A DNA stretch of 58,671 bases, filler included, from Sphacelaria rigidula (Eukaryota), in NCBI GenBank assembly GCA_964200075.2. It is 9 parts of 9 records of this genome, joined end to end, with 100 filler letters (N's around TTAATTAATTAA, not from the genome) between each part and the next. Parts side by side here need not be neighbours in the genome. Positions count along the whole stretch, not along the records: positions 6,532 to 12,962 come from CAXNAA020020110.1; positions 13,063 to 19,492 come from CAXNAA020020111.1; positions 19,593 to 26,022 come from CAXNAA020020112.1; 6 more parts are not named here. One strand, 5' to 3'. Positions 10,451 through 23,689 of this stretch are shown here, one piece after another (the first letter of the stretch is position 1; every line of letters starts with the position of its first letter). The notes under the pieces are model-generated. The model ran no database searches, had not been told where the DNA came from, and worked only from the letters and a program-made list of their open reading frames with translations. Made by a program: the position numbers and the translations under genes.

Positions 10451-13400
10451 CCTGTAATTTCTGGACACCGGTACAATGGAGCATTGCCAAAATCACCGAC
10501 ACAGGCATTCCCTGAATGACCTCCTGAACCAACTGAATTTGAGGTTTCGATATTATGGTGTCCGAATTTCAACTTACGGGTCGCCCTGTACGCTAATGCC
10601 TATTAATCAGTGCTGCACGACACCGCACTGACTTTCTGTCCTTTGTAGAGCATCATACTGTTTTGGACTGCAGCTCTGCGAGGAGTGTAAGCATGGCGAA
10701 TTTGACAGAAACTGACAGTGAGAATGATCTATACTATCTCCATGTGCAAGAATATGTGCGGCTCATGTGTGGGAATGTGTAGGGCTGCCATACTATTTTC
10801 GGAGTATCTTCCGAGTGTGACGGCAAACAACACACTCTTGTCACTATGGCGGGATAGGGTACTGCGATGCGCATCGCCCATCCTCTCCAACGACCCATCA
10901 TTTCGGCGGGTACTGGGACGTACACCTCTTAGCCTCCTGAAAAATAGCTCATCTTCGGCGGGTACTGCTACCCACACATCTCCATCTCTTGAACAAAATG
11001 TCACCTCTTCAGACACAAAGCCAATCTGCCGCAGCTACGGACGCTCTCTTCACCCTGAAAAAAAACCGACCTTACTGACGTGCATACAGCGGTCTTTTTT
11101 CACCACTCTTCGGGGACGGGGAACTTAACTCCAGGTGAACGAAATGGAAATCGCGATTCCGCGCTTTATCCACCGGCAAACACACTCCGCGTAGGCTCTC
11201 CTGTTTGTATCTGGACAGTTTTTCTCCTTTAATTTGCTCGACGCGACCTAAGAATATCTATGCATAGGAACGTACAATTACTGCAAAGAACGCGACATTT
11301 AAATAACCTCCTTATTTGAGCGAGACTCGAGTCCGCGAGACTCGAGTCCTATTTTCTTTCCGATTTCAGCAGAAATATCCATCCCTTAGACAACGAACCC
11401 CCCGCTGGTGGACTGAGTTGGGCTATGTCACATTTGGGGTTCAGAACAGCTCTTTTCTCGCTACACAAAACGCCTTTTTCTTCATCATGTGGATGCTGGG
11501 CATCTATATAGAATTAGTTCCGGAGAACTCCTGGCCGGTTTTGACCGTGCAGTCAAAATCGTACAGAGTCAGTGTGTGTGCGGTACAGGTATGTCTCCGC
11601 TGGATATATCGGCAAGAAACAGTCGGTGTTCCATCGCTCTCAACTGAACACAATTTACTGCGTGCGACTGATGCCTCTGCTGAGCATTCAACAAGAACAC
11701 TGCAGCAGTGTGAAGCTATGCTGGCAACACATGAGGCATCAGACAGGCGGCTCAGGCCTCGACCAGAGTACAAAACAAGCTATTTGTACCCATGTCATCT
11801 ATGGTTGAATTGCCATGACCAAAATGAGAAATGCCAGTAGACAGCGAAGTAGCCCACCTGTAGTCCACCTGTAGGGGAACTACGTGCTCATTTTGACGGC
11901 CGTAATTGGTCAAAATGCTCATCCCGCGCGTCTCGCGGGAAACTTCCAAATACACGTGGTTGACTTGGTGAGCTTTTCGGCTGATCTGCGGACAGACCCC
12001 CCCCCCCCCTCAAAAACCACCTCCCCCGGCCACTGGGAACCCCCGAATATCTCCGGACTGTCAGCCTGTGAAACTGTTCCGAGGCGACGCTCGCTGTCTA
12101 AGGGTTTAATCCAAATTATTATTGCTCGAATATGTGCATAATGCCAACTTCTCAAGATTGAAATTCTTATTTTGCACAGCGGCAGTTCTTCGCCATTTCA
12201 GGCCAAAGTCTTGCCCTCCCAATTCTTAACTAAATGGAGGGAAAAAACATATTCCGACTGGAAATCAGGTACATACGTCGAATGGGAGGTGCGATCTGTG
12301 ACACTAACCCTTCTCCCATTGGAAAATGACTTGACATACTCGCACTGCCGATTCGGGGTATTAAAGGCACGTGAAAATAAAAATGCAATTCCGGAATCGA
12401 ATCTGCGCTATCGGATTACGGGGGATAGAAATACCTTGCGGCCGAATCGGGCGACGTCAGTCGTGACAAATGCCATGTGGAGGTTTTAGCACATCGAGCG
12501 ACGGGTCCTGACCAATTCATTTGAAGGTAGAACAACCTGCGGGCTAATGTTGCCCCGCTTTTGTTTCGGCTCTTTTAAGTACATTCAGGACCCTCATGAA
12601 GAGTTGAAGAGCTACTGCATGACACGCACGACTATATGGCACACATCTTCAATGCATTGATGTCTCATGAGGAGGTTGGGCCGATGGTCCTAGGGATAGG
12701 AAAAGTAGTCGTTCCCGGGGGTGGTATCCACCGTTTTATCCTGTCGCAAACGAACACTAGTGGTCCTCACTATCCCTAGGGAACATTGTGAGAGTGTCGA
12801 TGTTTTCGGGATATCTCTCATGCGTTCACAAACACCATATAGTCCGCACGCGAACGGCCAATGCATTGAGGAACACCCCCCGGGTGAACGTGTTTTGGAG
12901 AGGAGATATGCTCATCTCATGTTTGGGGAAGGGGGGGGGGGGGGGGGAGGTACTCATGATGANNNNNNNNNNNNNNNNNNNNNNNNNNNNNNNNNNNNNN
13001 NNNNNNTTAATTAATTAANNNNNNNNNNNNNNNNNNNNNNNNNNNNNNNNNNNNNNNNNNNNAGCAAGGGGGGGGGGGGTCATGATGTTGCATGCCATAG
13101 TCATATGGTAAAAACGGGGGGAAGGGTAGAGGGGGGGGGTCGACACTAGCAATAGTACGCGCACCGGGGACACTCACATCAGCAACGACACGCACCATCA
13201 CACATGAAGAGCATACTGGGTTGATGGGAGGGGGAGGGGGCGGGGGCGGGTGTCAGGGGAAAGTCGATAGGGGACGTCATTTGTCTCATCCTTGCCTGAT
13301 AAATCCACTCGAAGCTACCGACAGACGCTTGCCGCGTTTTCCAACTCCTGGCGCCGATTTCCTGAACAGCGCTCTCGGCAATGTCTTTCTGCAGCTTCTC

Positions 13401-14475
13401 CAGCAATAACAAGCAAGAAAAACACGGCCCGAGATTGACAACAAAAATAAATATTCCAATGGCGCGGGAGAACTTTCACACGGGGCGAAGATGTCATAAA
13501 TTAGTCAGGCAAGTATTGAAACACCGACCCCCGGGTTGTGGGTTCGGTGTGTGAAAGCATGTGCCATGAGGCGCTGGTGTAGAGGTATAAACTGATAACG
13601 CAATCGCGGCACAACATTGCAACTTGCGATAACATGGAACACAACGCAAACGGTAAAACAACTGGCGAAATACGCAGGGAGTGCAGCCCCCAATTAAATA
13701 TCCGGATTTCGATGATCAGACTATGAAGCCAAGTCGGACCAACGAAACCCCTATACCAAGTGGTAAACTCTTCTACTGAACACGGAAACGCAACGCAAAC
13801 GGCACAGCAACTTCCTGCGTATTTCTGGGTTAATTGTCTTGCCGTTTGCGCGGCAGCGCGCCCAACGGTCGTGCGGTGTGTCGATCACTCCGCAGGGGTC
13901 TCGCTTGTTTGGGGTGGAGGTTAGTATACCACTTGGGAGGGTGATAAATTTCTCGGAGATTTATACTTTTGAACAAGCTATAATCCTAACGCTAACCCTA
14001 ACGTTACCAGACCTCAAATCGGCGCCCCAGGAGCCGATTTCGATAAAAACGCATTCTGCGCACGCTAGGAGTACGCTTGGAGCACAACCGCAATAAAGAT
14101 CCGGATTTCGCTGTCCACACTAAAATCAAGTCGCATTGAAAATCAACCATACAGTAGCACCCTTCCAAGTAGTAAACTATACTGTTGGGGTGGAAATCAC
14201 CGACGGCGGAATCTTGAGTCTCCAGGCCGTACAAAGCGATAAAAAAAACGTTAGATACCTTCTTCGGCCATTCGATTTTGTGCCGTGCGGTGGATCGGAC
14301 GGCATTGTTGGAACGCCGACGGTGTTGCAAATGAGGGTACACTATAGAAACTATACGGAGGTGTCGGGAATACCTTTTTGCAGCGACATATCAGAGACTG
14401 ACGCCACACGTGTATGAAGAGCCAGAGCAGGTACAAGGTGGGAACGGTCCGAATGGACTAGATTACCGAGGACCC

Positions 14476-14711
14476 TGTAATGCCAACGAAACTTGGGCTG
14501 ATGCCAGGAAGAGCCTAATATTCAGGACGGTCCAACATCCCCCGAGGAACTGGTCGCCTCCAGCGACCACTCTCTGTCTGACCCAACTTCTTGCCCACAT
14601 CTCACGAGAGGAAATCATCGTCAGCTTCGGAGTTCCTTCTGCATCAGGACGACATCTCTCGGGACAGCCTCCTCCTTAGTTTGTCCCCCCCGTCGATACG
14701 TCTTCCTTACA
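14476..14711 (+). repeat. Candidate 5' LTR of the gypsy element, followed by the primer-binding site
   Basis: Starts TGTAA and ends TTACA (inverted termini). T-TGGCGACACC follows at 14712, complementary to a tRNA 3' end (..CGCCA). No second LTR in the contig to confirm the left boundary. Confidence 0.5.
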
Positions 14712-15983
14712 TTGGCGACACCAGAACAGAACTTAAGTAAGACATTTAGTAGAAAGGCACACGTCTTTCACCATGCCGAGAAAGAAATCAGCCCACAAAA
14801 AATCCACCAAGACAGCTACATAGAGAAGGGTCACCGCGAGGACCTTCGAGCATCCCACCACGGCCATCACCCCATCAGTTTCCACCTCGGCGGCGAAAGC
14901 GGCAGAGTCCAGAGGCGCAGCTCAACCAGTAGTACCTACGCCGGCCGACACGACTCTGCCCGCCCAACCTCCGTACAGCCACGAGGGGGAAAGCGAAAGC
15001 GACAACTCTGACAACTCTGAGCGGAGCACGGATATCCGTCAGGTGTACACCGGAAGGTTTGATGCGCTACGCGATCCCACCACACTATCCTGATCCTCTA
15101 CGCCAACCCCTACGCCACAACCCACCATCAAGGAAAAGGCAGCAGAGCTCGCATATAGGGCGTTGGAGAGGAGCGACGAGGAGGGTACGGAGCCAGCTCC
15201 GTGGGTGATGCAAGCATTGGGGTTTTCGGTACCGTAAGACCAGGGAGTTTCACAGGTATCGAAATCGAGCAACCCAGTAGCATCGGAAATAGAACACCCA
15301 AGTAACAATACGATGCTACAGAACAATACGAGTAAACCCCAGGATAGTGTCAATGATTCAGTCGATCATTTCGAGGTCGAACTGCCTAACACTACGCCGA
15401 TCCAATCCACAGAGAGCTCCAGGACTTTGACGTTAATTCCGCCAACAAGCCTCACTAACGTACAAGAGAACAGCCACAACGTAGAGCCTCTGTCTAGTTC
15501 AGTGCTGACTCCGCCATCTACAAGCCATAGTAGCACCATGAGAACTCAAAAACTTTCGATAAAACAATCGGATCTCCCATCAACGTTAATCCTAGAAGGA
15601 AAACGGAGTGAGGACGTGCCGGCAATTTTCGGTGCGTTTCTCAATCGAGTTAGGTTCATGCCCCTGATGATTGCACAGAATCCACGGTACAACGGCACGC
15701 CATAAAACACATACCACTTATCCTAAGAGGATCAGCAGAAAAGTTATACACCCCCCTGGGAAGCGGAAAAGTAGAGTGGCGCCCACTAGCTGCACTACAA
15801 AACCTCAAATCGAGAGGAAAAGATACTGCACCCATCACCCCGAAAACTTGGACAGAATGGGTAGCGGCATACACCCATTGCTTCTCTCCACCAAACCAAC
15901 TAGCACTGTTAGCCCGTGCGATAGCCGATCAAAAATAGAAAGATCAGAACGTAGACGACTATGCACTGGAGTGTACGACTTCG

Positions 15984-16580
15984 ATGGACAGATTCGTGAC
16001 CGAGGCCTTGCGGGTGAAATTCCCCGGCCACGCCACGCTTCGCCTCATAATAGACGTGATCACAACAGCAGCATTTGAGACCGGGCTCAAACCCCATATC
16101 AGAGTTGAAATGGTGAGAGAAGATAGTACGCTCGACTTACAAACTGCGACAGCGCGAGCGATAAAACACGAATCAAACAACCTCCGCACATGGCCAAACC
16201 AAACCGGAGACACTCCCCATATCTCGGCCGCAACCGTAAATTCCCCACGTCCACAGCTAGCGGAAATGATAGCCGATCATGGCGCAATCCTTACGGACCT
16301 TCAATCGCAGTTACGAGCGATTCAAGGAGAGAGAGGAAGAGCGGAGAAACGGTGTGCTAGCAGGGACAGGAGCGCGAGTAGATCAGGGGGAGAGTGGAAA
16401 AAAGTGCGCTTCAAGGACAGTAACGATGAGAGTACATCCAGTGACAAGCAGTTGAGCGGTAAAACGAAAAAGTCAGGCCGTTGTGAGTACGCACCATGCA
16501 GGTACAAGAACACACACGAGACAGCGGATTGTCGCCTTATGCAGAGCCATGTAGAGTTTGCTAGAAAGTACAACCCGTGA
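15984..16580 (+). pseudogene. Gypsy gag C-terminal part with CCHC knuckle
   Basis: ORF with AFETGLKPHIRVEMVREDSTLDLQTATARA (gag capsid C-terminal-like) and CEYAPCRYKNTHETADC. The upstream gag part (~15540-15980) is frameshifted. Confidence 0.75.
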
Positions 16581-16691
16581 AGACGCCCAAGAGAGGACCC
16601 CTCGTCTGATCAGGGCAGAAACGGTAAATCCTTACGTAGAAAATCGAGGGAAACAGAAGGACTCGAAATCGTCAACCCCCTGGCTCGTAAG

Positions 16692-17783
16692 ATGGGAGAG
16701 TTTCATTTTTCTGACAGTACAGCAGACCAACCGCGGAGAATACGGAGAAGGTCTCGGGTAGAGGTCAATCACGTACGAGATGAGCACGAGCAAGAGCATA
16801 GCAGCAGAGGGCAGAGTACAAATAGCGAATGCAAAGAACAGACGCAACGTATATTTTTAGCTCCACAGGCGGCTTTTGTGAGTAAGTCATCGCAGAAAAA
16901 TAAAAAATCGAAACACCAATCTTCGTTTTCGAACCCGATCCTAAATGATCACTGTTATGACTCATACAACACATTTTCGCTTGCCAAATATACAGTTGCG
17001 CCTTTAGCGTTGTCCTGTGCATCAGCCCGTGTGAGAGTCACGGCCAGAGTAAACGGCACCCCCGCTGAAAAAATCACATTTGATTCCGCAGCAGATGTGC
17101 CCTGTATCAGGAAAAGGTTCATCGATGAATACCCGGTCATAATGGCAGCTGATATAAAGCCAGTACCGCCAGGATCGATAGACCTCAGAAGCGCGGATGT
17201 TTTCCTCATGAAAATTGTAGGTTTCAGACGTTTCGAACTTACGTTAGGGAGAAAAACCCCACCAGTAGAAGCGTTCGCATTGCCTAACTTAGGACCGGAT
17301 TGCCTGTTACTGGACAATTCCGTTATGAGTGCTTTCCAAGCTATACTCGACTGGCAAGCGGAAGAGCTAACATTCCGTGATTCCAGTTTGAAAATCAAAG
17401 CATCGCATCGAAAACAACAGTGTTCACAAAACACAACACACCCCGATACGATGCATTGTTCTGTAGTCAGTGTGAACTGTTCAAACGCTGTTCAAGTTTT
17501 TCTCACGAAGAAATGCAATGTGCCCCCTTAGAGTGAGGTGGCAGTGTTAATTAAAACGGAAAATACCCCGTCACCAACAACAGCAGCCGTCGTTGAGCCA
17601 CGCATAATAACCGAAGAAAACATTCGATCAACCGATATACCCCGAGCGTTCACGCGCATCGTCGTTGCAAAGACGGTGTGCACATGGTCGGCAACAAAGA
17701 AGACGGCAATGGTACAAATCGCCAACCCGTCGAACCGACATGTGAACCTGAAACGTAATACGATTTTAGGCTATATCACCTGA
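16692..17783 (+). pseudogene. Gypsy aspartic protease region
   Basis: ARVNGTPAEKITFDSAADVPCI (D-S/T-G/A protease motif) and CLLLDNSVMSAFQAILDW. In-frame stops at 17531 and 17783. Confidence 0.8.
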
Positions 17784-17811
17784 GTACGAGAAACAAAACC
17801 AGCTACAGTCA

Positions 17812-19310
17812 GTGCAATGGCGGGAAATAAGGTGTCAGAGAGAAAATACGAAAGAGGAATTACGTCCAGCTTTACGCAAAGCTTTCGAAAACACGACCTT
17901 TTCCCCCAAACAATGCTCTCAAGCACTGGATCTTTGCGCAAAATACCGTTCTGTGTTTTCACTTACTCCGCAGGAGTTGGGCTGTTGTATGTTAGATGGA
18001 GCTCGATTTCCGCTCAAACCTGGGACTCAGCCGGTAGACCGAGCACCATATAGAGCAAACCCCAGAGTGCAAGATGCAATCGACAAATGCGTCGACCAGA
18101 TGGAAAAAGATGGTATAGCCGAACAACGCCCAAGCCCGTGGGGATCAGCAGTTACAATAGTCGCAAAAGTAGACGGAACAGCACGATTTTGCGTAGATTA
18201 TCGAGCAACGATCCATAAAATCTTGGTTCGCAAATCATGGCCCATGCCAGCTATCAAAAGTCACATAGACACAGCAGCGGGGGCGAAATTCATAACACTT
18301 TGCAATGTACAAAGTGCGTTCCACCAGATACCAGTGGCGGAAAGAGAAAAAGAGAAAACAGCGTTAGTAACTCAAAGAGGGAAATGGGTGTGCAACCGGT
18401 CACCATTTGGTTTAGCGTGTTCACCCTTTGTCTTTTCACGCATAATGGCACTCTCATTTTCACACTTTGGACCCAAGAGTGGTTTACTAGTGTATATGGA
18501 TGGCATAATGTGTTATTCATCAAGCTGGGAGAGTCATCTCACCCTACTAGAAAGCACGTTCAAAGCACTGCAAACAGCAGGCCTTACACTAAAGCCGACA
18601 AAAATTCAATTTGTTCCAGAGCAAGTCAAATACTTGGGCCATGTACTGTCCGCAGATGGCATCAGAGTGAGTGGTGAAAGAACGAAGGCTATCCTCGACT
18701 TGCCGAAACCCACCAATATCAAAGAGTTGCGATCAGTACTCGGTACAATGAATTTCGTACGGAAATTTATACCAGACTTGGCTACAACCATAGCACCACT
18801 GGGAGATCTCACAAAAAAAGGGGCAGCAAAACAGGTGTCGAAACTATGGAATACTGAACATGATGAAGCCTTCGGAAGAATAAAATATTTGATGACCGAG
18901 GCACCCGTTCTTTATTTCCCAGATTTCACGAAATACTTCACTATAAACGTCGATGCTTCAGACCGTGGGGCCGGGGCCTACGTTTCCCAAAAGAAAGGCG
19001 AAGACGAGGCAATCGTAGCATACAACGACGCCCAAGCCCGCTATTCGCTCAACATGAAAGAATGTATACGCGGTCGTATTAGCGATCCAATATTTTAGGG
19101 CCTTTTTGTGGGGACGTCACTTTACGTGTGTAACAGACCATTGCCGCTCTTCGATATTTGTATGCGATGCAGGATACAAGTAATATGTTGACCCGCTGGG
19201 CGGTCGCATTGCAATCGTATGATTTCACGGTCAAACAAAAACCGGGGAAACTTCATGTTATACCGGACACCCTGTCACGGCTGTTCGCGTTTGAAAAGCG
19301 ACAGGAAGCA
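17812..19310 (+). pseudogene. Gypsy reverse transcriptase-RNase H, inactivated
   Basis: SPWGSAVTIVAKVDGTARFCVDYR, SAFHQIP, PFGL, VKYLGHVLS, INVDASDRGAGA and the frameshifted RH tail (WGRHFTCVTDH...LTRWAVALQSYDFTVK...KPGKLHVIPDTLSR). Catalytic residues are altered: YMDG for YxDD, and LCNVQ at the first Asp. Confidence 0.95.
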
Positions 19311-19592
19311 TAAATCAAGCCGTTGCTTGCGCCGATATGCCGTAACGTCCCAGAAAACCCTGAGTTACAAATAGCTAAGCCACAACATCAGTTGACAGCC
19401 GATCCTAATTTTTGGGTTGAAACATAAAATGAGGTTGAAGTCCCATTTCTCTATTGCAGGGAAGATACGAAAGAGTAACACGGAGCGAAAGTNNNNNNNN
19501 NNNNNNNNNNNNNNNNNNNNNNNNNNNNNNNNNNNNTTAATTAATTAANNNNNNNNNNNNNNNNNNNNNNNNNNNNNNNNNNNNNNNNNNNN

Positions 19593-20815
19593 GCCGAACG
19601 CCCCACGCCGCTTCGCGCTCGGTGGTTTGCGTGCAAGCCTGGTCCGGCGAAACCCGACGTGCTCCGTCCTGGCATTTGAGGGATGCGAGGTCAATGATCT
19701 CATGGCTATGGCATGCATGATCATGAGTACACCCCCTCCCCTCCCTAGTGAACACGCCACGGCTTGGCCCAATCATAATCCACTTTTTGGTGCATGATCC
19801 ACAGCTGAACATGCATCCCTTTCGAGACGGAGCGGAAAAGAGAGTGAGAGAAGGGGAGGGGTGGGTGGGTGGGTGGTAGGGGGGGGGAGGGCGCACTCAA
19901 TGATTACTCGCCTTGGTCGTTTGGCCGTTGACCTAGGGAGGGAGAAGGGGGAAAAAAAGGTAGATCCAACGCGCAGAGTAAATTGAACAGAAACGAAACA
20001 TAAATGTTGGAGGTGTCTCTATTTGGAGTAGGAACGGTGCTCCGTCCCTGAAGGAATGTGTTCAAATGGTGAGACAGACACTCATGAGGCAGCGTATAAG
20101 CCTTGGCTGTCTCTGGAAGTAGCAATACCAGAGAATAAAGCAACTCATTCTAGGCTGTCCGGCGAATACCCGGCGTTCTCCGTCCCGGCTTTGCAGGGAT
20201 GCGAGGTCAATGGTTTTATGACTATGACATGCAAGATCATGAGTACGCCCCTCCCCCCTCCGCCTGGTCCGGCGAAAACGCGGCGTGCTCCGTCCCTATG
20301 GGGCTGGCGTCTGCTGGCGGTGACGGTGTCAAACACGCCACTCACTGCGTAAGCTCGGCAACCACGTTTTCGATGTTTTTCGCGCGCTTGCGTTTTTATT
20401 TCGGTAACCATGATGGTGGTCGAGCTAGACCATATTGTGCGCGGTGGGAGAACCTCAACTCCGCGCAAACAGGGTGATCTTACTACGTGGTGTTGAAATG
20501 GTGAGGCACCCATGAGGCAGTGTGTAAGCCTTGGCTGTCTCTGGAATTGACGACACCAGAAAATAAAGCAACTCGTTGGAGACTGTCATCCAAGCGCAAG
20601 ATAATCAGTACGCTTCTGGCCGAAGAATCTTGGCAGGGCGCAGCTCATCCTTCATGCGACTCGTCGAACACACCACGGCGCTTCAGGCTTTTTGATTGAT
20701 TGCGAGCCCGATCCGGCGACATCCCGGCGTGCTCTCCGTCCCGGCTCTGCAGGGATGTGAGGTCAATGGTCATATGTCTTTGGCATGCAAGATCATGAGT
20801 ACACCCCCCCCGGTA
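19593..20815 (+). repeat. Tandem copies of a ~450-550-bp dispersed repeat family
   Basis: CATGAGGCAG.GT.TAAGCCTTGGCTGTCTCTGGAA at ~20082 and ~20511. CTCCGTCC.GGC...GGGATG.GAGGTCAATG...CAAGATCATGAGTAC.CCCC at ~19660, ~20178 and ~20733. The same family occurs inverted at 52243-53165. Confidence 0.85.
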
Positions 20816-21225
20816 TTGTGCTGCTTCTGTATGCTAGATCTGAGAGACTTTCTGTTTTGTGGTCTTACCGTCTGCTCCTCTTTGTTATTGTTGCTGTTTT
20901 TTTTTTTTTTTTAACCGTGCTGATCGCTCAGGCTAGTGACTTTGCTGCAGCGTGTCCCGTTATCCCTGGTCGATCGGCATACTCTCTTACCCCTGGCCGA
21001 GAAAAACGGTTTCTTCCGAGCCGCTGTTATTCTACTCAAGGCGGTAAGTCATGGGTAGCGGCGGGAAGGGGGGGGGGGGGGGGGGGCACGATGTTGTTTT
21101 TTGTTGTACATGCTATCAATCGGGGCTGAGCGGGAGGCACATGGCTCCGCCCNNNNNNNNNNGGCCCGCCGTTTCCCCTCCCCCCGGACGCAAAAAACTT
21201 CTTTTTTCTTGCTTGGGTTTTTCTT

Positions 21226-21279
<54 letters not shown>

Positions 21280-21518
21280 GCACGATGTTGTTTTGTGTTG
21301 TACATGCTATCAATCGAGGCTGAGCGAGATGCACATCGCTCCGCCCCAAGTAGTGGATCGTAGATAAGGAGGCGTGCGTCATGAGCGGTACTGTCAAGGT
21401 ACACTTGTTTTAATGTGTGTTGTGTTGAGGAGGGGGGGTGCGTGTGCTGTTCTCAATCAAATTAAGGTAAAGATATTAAAGGGCCTACATATTGCACCCC
21501 GACTTGTTTTTAACACTC

Positions 21519-21657
21519 TTTTTTTTCATAAATTCGTTGATTGATGAAATGAATACTGCATTTATTATCGATGATTATTATTCTTTTTTTCATAAATTCG
21601 TTGATCGATGAAATGAATACTGCATTTATTATCGATGGTTATTATTCTTTTTTTCAT
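21519..21657. repeat. AT-rich tandem duplication, ~65-bp unit x2
   Basis: TTTTTTCATAAATTCGTTGAT(T/C)GATGAAATGAATACTGCATTTATTATCGATG(A/G)TTATTATTC occurs twice. Confidence 0.9.
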
Positions 21658-22298
21658 GCATCAAATTGACTAATTGATTCATTCAACTCACTCATCATTC
21701 ATCAATTTATTTATTTTTTAAAATCGAGTATAAGCCAGCGTGTCCTGGTGGTCTGTATCAAAGGGATGGGACAACAGAGATAGGGCGGGCGGAAGGTGGT
21801 GGATTCGAATCCCGACAGAACATGCGGCCTTTTTTGTCGGAGAGAGACAGAGAGGTAGGAAAAGAGAGTCAGAGAAGGAGAGCTGAATCGGGTGCCCGTG
21901 GTTCTGATCCAGTCCTCGATTACCACAGGGTGTGGAGATGCTGACCTAGTCCTCGATTGCCAAAATTGCAGGTAGACGGAGGTACCGGGGGAGGTATGAA
22001 GGAGGACTGTGGTCAGAAGTATGACGAAGGCAATGAAACAGAAAAAAAGAAGGAGAACAGAGCAAAATTTGCCATTCTGCTCAGGGATTTTGTTGTCATG
22101 AGTAACGCTCGGGGATGCCGTATAGTAGTCATGAGCAATTTTCGAGTTCTGGCTGGATGACGACAGAAGAAGAAATTTGTCCTAGAGGGGTATTGCGTGT
22201 TTTCTTCTCCTCTGGTGTCCTCCTCTCTTCTCCTCTCCTTTGGCTTTCTCTTCCTTCGATTTTTCTCTTCCCTTTATTTTTATTTTTTTCATTTCGGC

Positions 22299-22660
22299 TG
22301 TCGGCCGACAATTGTTGCAGTAGGCGTATACTCTACGTAGTAGTACATTTTTGTGTCAATTGCAACCGTTGACGATATATTGTCCAGTATAAAATTGTCG
22401 GCCGACAGTGGCTGCAGTACGCCTATACTCTACACAGTACATTTTTGTGTCAATTGCAACGGTTGACCATATAATGTCCAGTATAAAATTGTCGGCCGAC
22501 AATAGTTGCAGTACGCCTGTACTCTACGCAGTACATTTTGTGTCAATTGCAACGGTTGACCATATAGTGCAGTATCAAATTGTCGGCCGACAACAGTTGC
22601 AGTACGCCTGTACTCTACGCAGTACATTTTGTGTCAATTGCAATGGTTGACCACATATTG
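22299..22660. repeat. Minisatellite, 91-97-bp unit x ~4, palindrome-rich
   Basis: Units start TGTCGGCCGACA at 22299, 22396, 22490 and 22581. Each contains GTCAATTGCAA..GTTGAC. Confidence 0.95.
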
Positions 22661-22807
22661 TATAGGGTACAGAGTGTGCTGCCTCAAGCACCACTCGATG
22701 TGCGACAATCAATCATTTGAAGGGTGTGTTGGGTAGTTGACTCTTCCGAATTTTGTGGTGTGATGGTCCCATCTCCAAACTTTACCCAAATATTTGGGTG
22801 AAGTTAG

Positions 22808-22848
22808 GTTGTTGTTGTTGTTGTTGTTGTTGTTGTCGTTGTTGTTGT
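22808..22848. repeat. (GTT)n microsatellite, probably the tail of a minus-strand retroposon end
   Basis: A (GTT)~13 run is followed by CACATTAAAAAGCCGTTCCG.TA.CTGCGC.GTGC, which recurs at ~33357. Confidence 0.8.
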
Positions 22849-23379
22849 CTTCACATTAAAAAGCCGTTCCGATACCTGCGCGGTGCATTCGTACTGGGCA
22901 TCTGATGCGGATACCTTCCGTGGTCACAGGCTAGCAAATATATACATATATATGTATATATGTACACCTAGATTATAACTCACAAAACGCGATACGAGTA
23001 AAAATAGGTACGACCACATTTCTCTTCCAAATATCTGGGTATTGCTGTTGTGAGTACGATGACCCGCGGTCGAAAAATTCGGTGAAATACGTAGCAGGGG
23101 TCTACTTGTTTTCTGGTTGGATGAATGAATAAAACGCTGAAGTTATTTTTGATGAATGAATTGCATGTTGTGTGTGCGTGCGCTGGTGTTTGTGTGCCGC
23201 ATGTGTGTGTGAGTGCGGTGTTTCTGTTCTGGGAAAAAAAGAAAGGTCACGGTATCCGTTCCGCTCAAGTCACTACAAAATGTCGCCCAGTATGCACATG
23301 TCATCACGTATTGTAGGTGAAATCGTCTTGTTAAACTGTGTCTGTGTTTGTGCATCTGTGTTTTTTTTGTTTTTTTCAG

Positions 23380-23471
23380 GCGGTAAGTCTCGGTGAACAA
23401 CGCGGTTTCCTCGTGGAGCAGTTTGCCAGAATCGTCAGGTGTTACCTTAAGGATTCGGAGGATGGCTTCAG
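23380..23471 (+). CDS. Isolated internal exon of an unknown gene
   Basis: Strong poly-T + CAG acceptor, open frame AVSLGEQRGFLVEQFARIVRCYLKDSEDGF, and an AG|GTATGC donor. Confidence 0.4.
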
Positions 23472-23689
23472 GTATGCTCGTGGCGCCCTACGCGGCCAGA
23501 AGAGGCTATGTTAGGCCGTTTCCATCATATATAGCTAGTTGAACTCGGGTACCCGCTTGGTCAGCGAGCGTGCATGAAAGGGTACCACTACCTTCTCTGG
23601 GTGGTGGATAGTTGTGCGGGACCTTGACCATGTCCGATTTCGTTTTGTTTCCTCTTGTTGCGTTGTTCGACGCTTTTGGAGGGGTTTAA

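Larger units (their letters stand above)
14476..19320 (+). mobile_element. Decayed Ty3/gypsy LTR retrotransposon (LTR, PBS, gag, protease, RT, RNase H; integrase not in contig)
   Basis: Domain order PR-RT-RH. Candidate LTR TGTAA...TTACA (14476-14711) followed by a TGGCGAC PBS. Multiple stops and frameshifts. Confidence 0.92.

Noticed and set aside
8603..11840. Medium ORFs (8603-8989, 10718-11128, 11316-11840) as genes or viral insertions
   Set aside because: No recognisable motifs or convincing splice structure. The 8950-9000 part recurs at ~26140, suggesting decayed repeat sequence.
21060..21340. Poly-Gly/poly-Pro ORFs and a local duplication
   Set aside because: Poly-G runs next to a 10-N gap; probably a sequencing or assembly artefact plus a repeat end.
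22299..22660. CRISPR-like array of regularly spaced palindromes
   Set aside because: The sequence between palindromes is also repeated (no unique spacers), there are no cas genes, and the context is eukaryotic.
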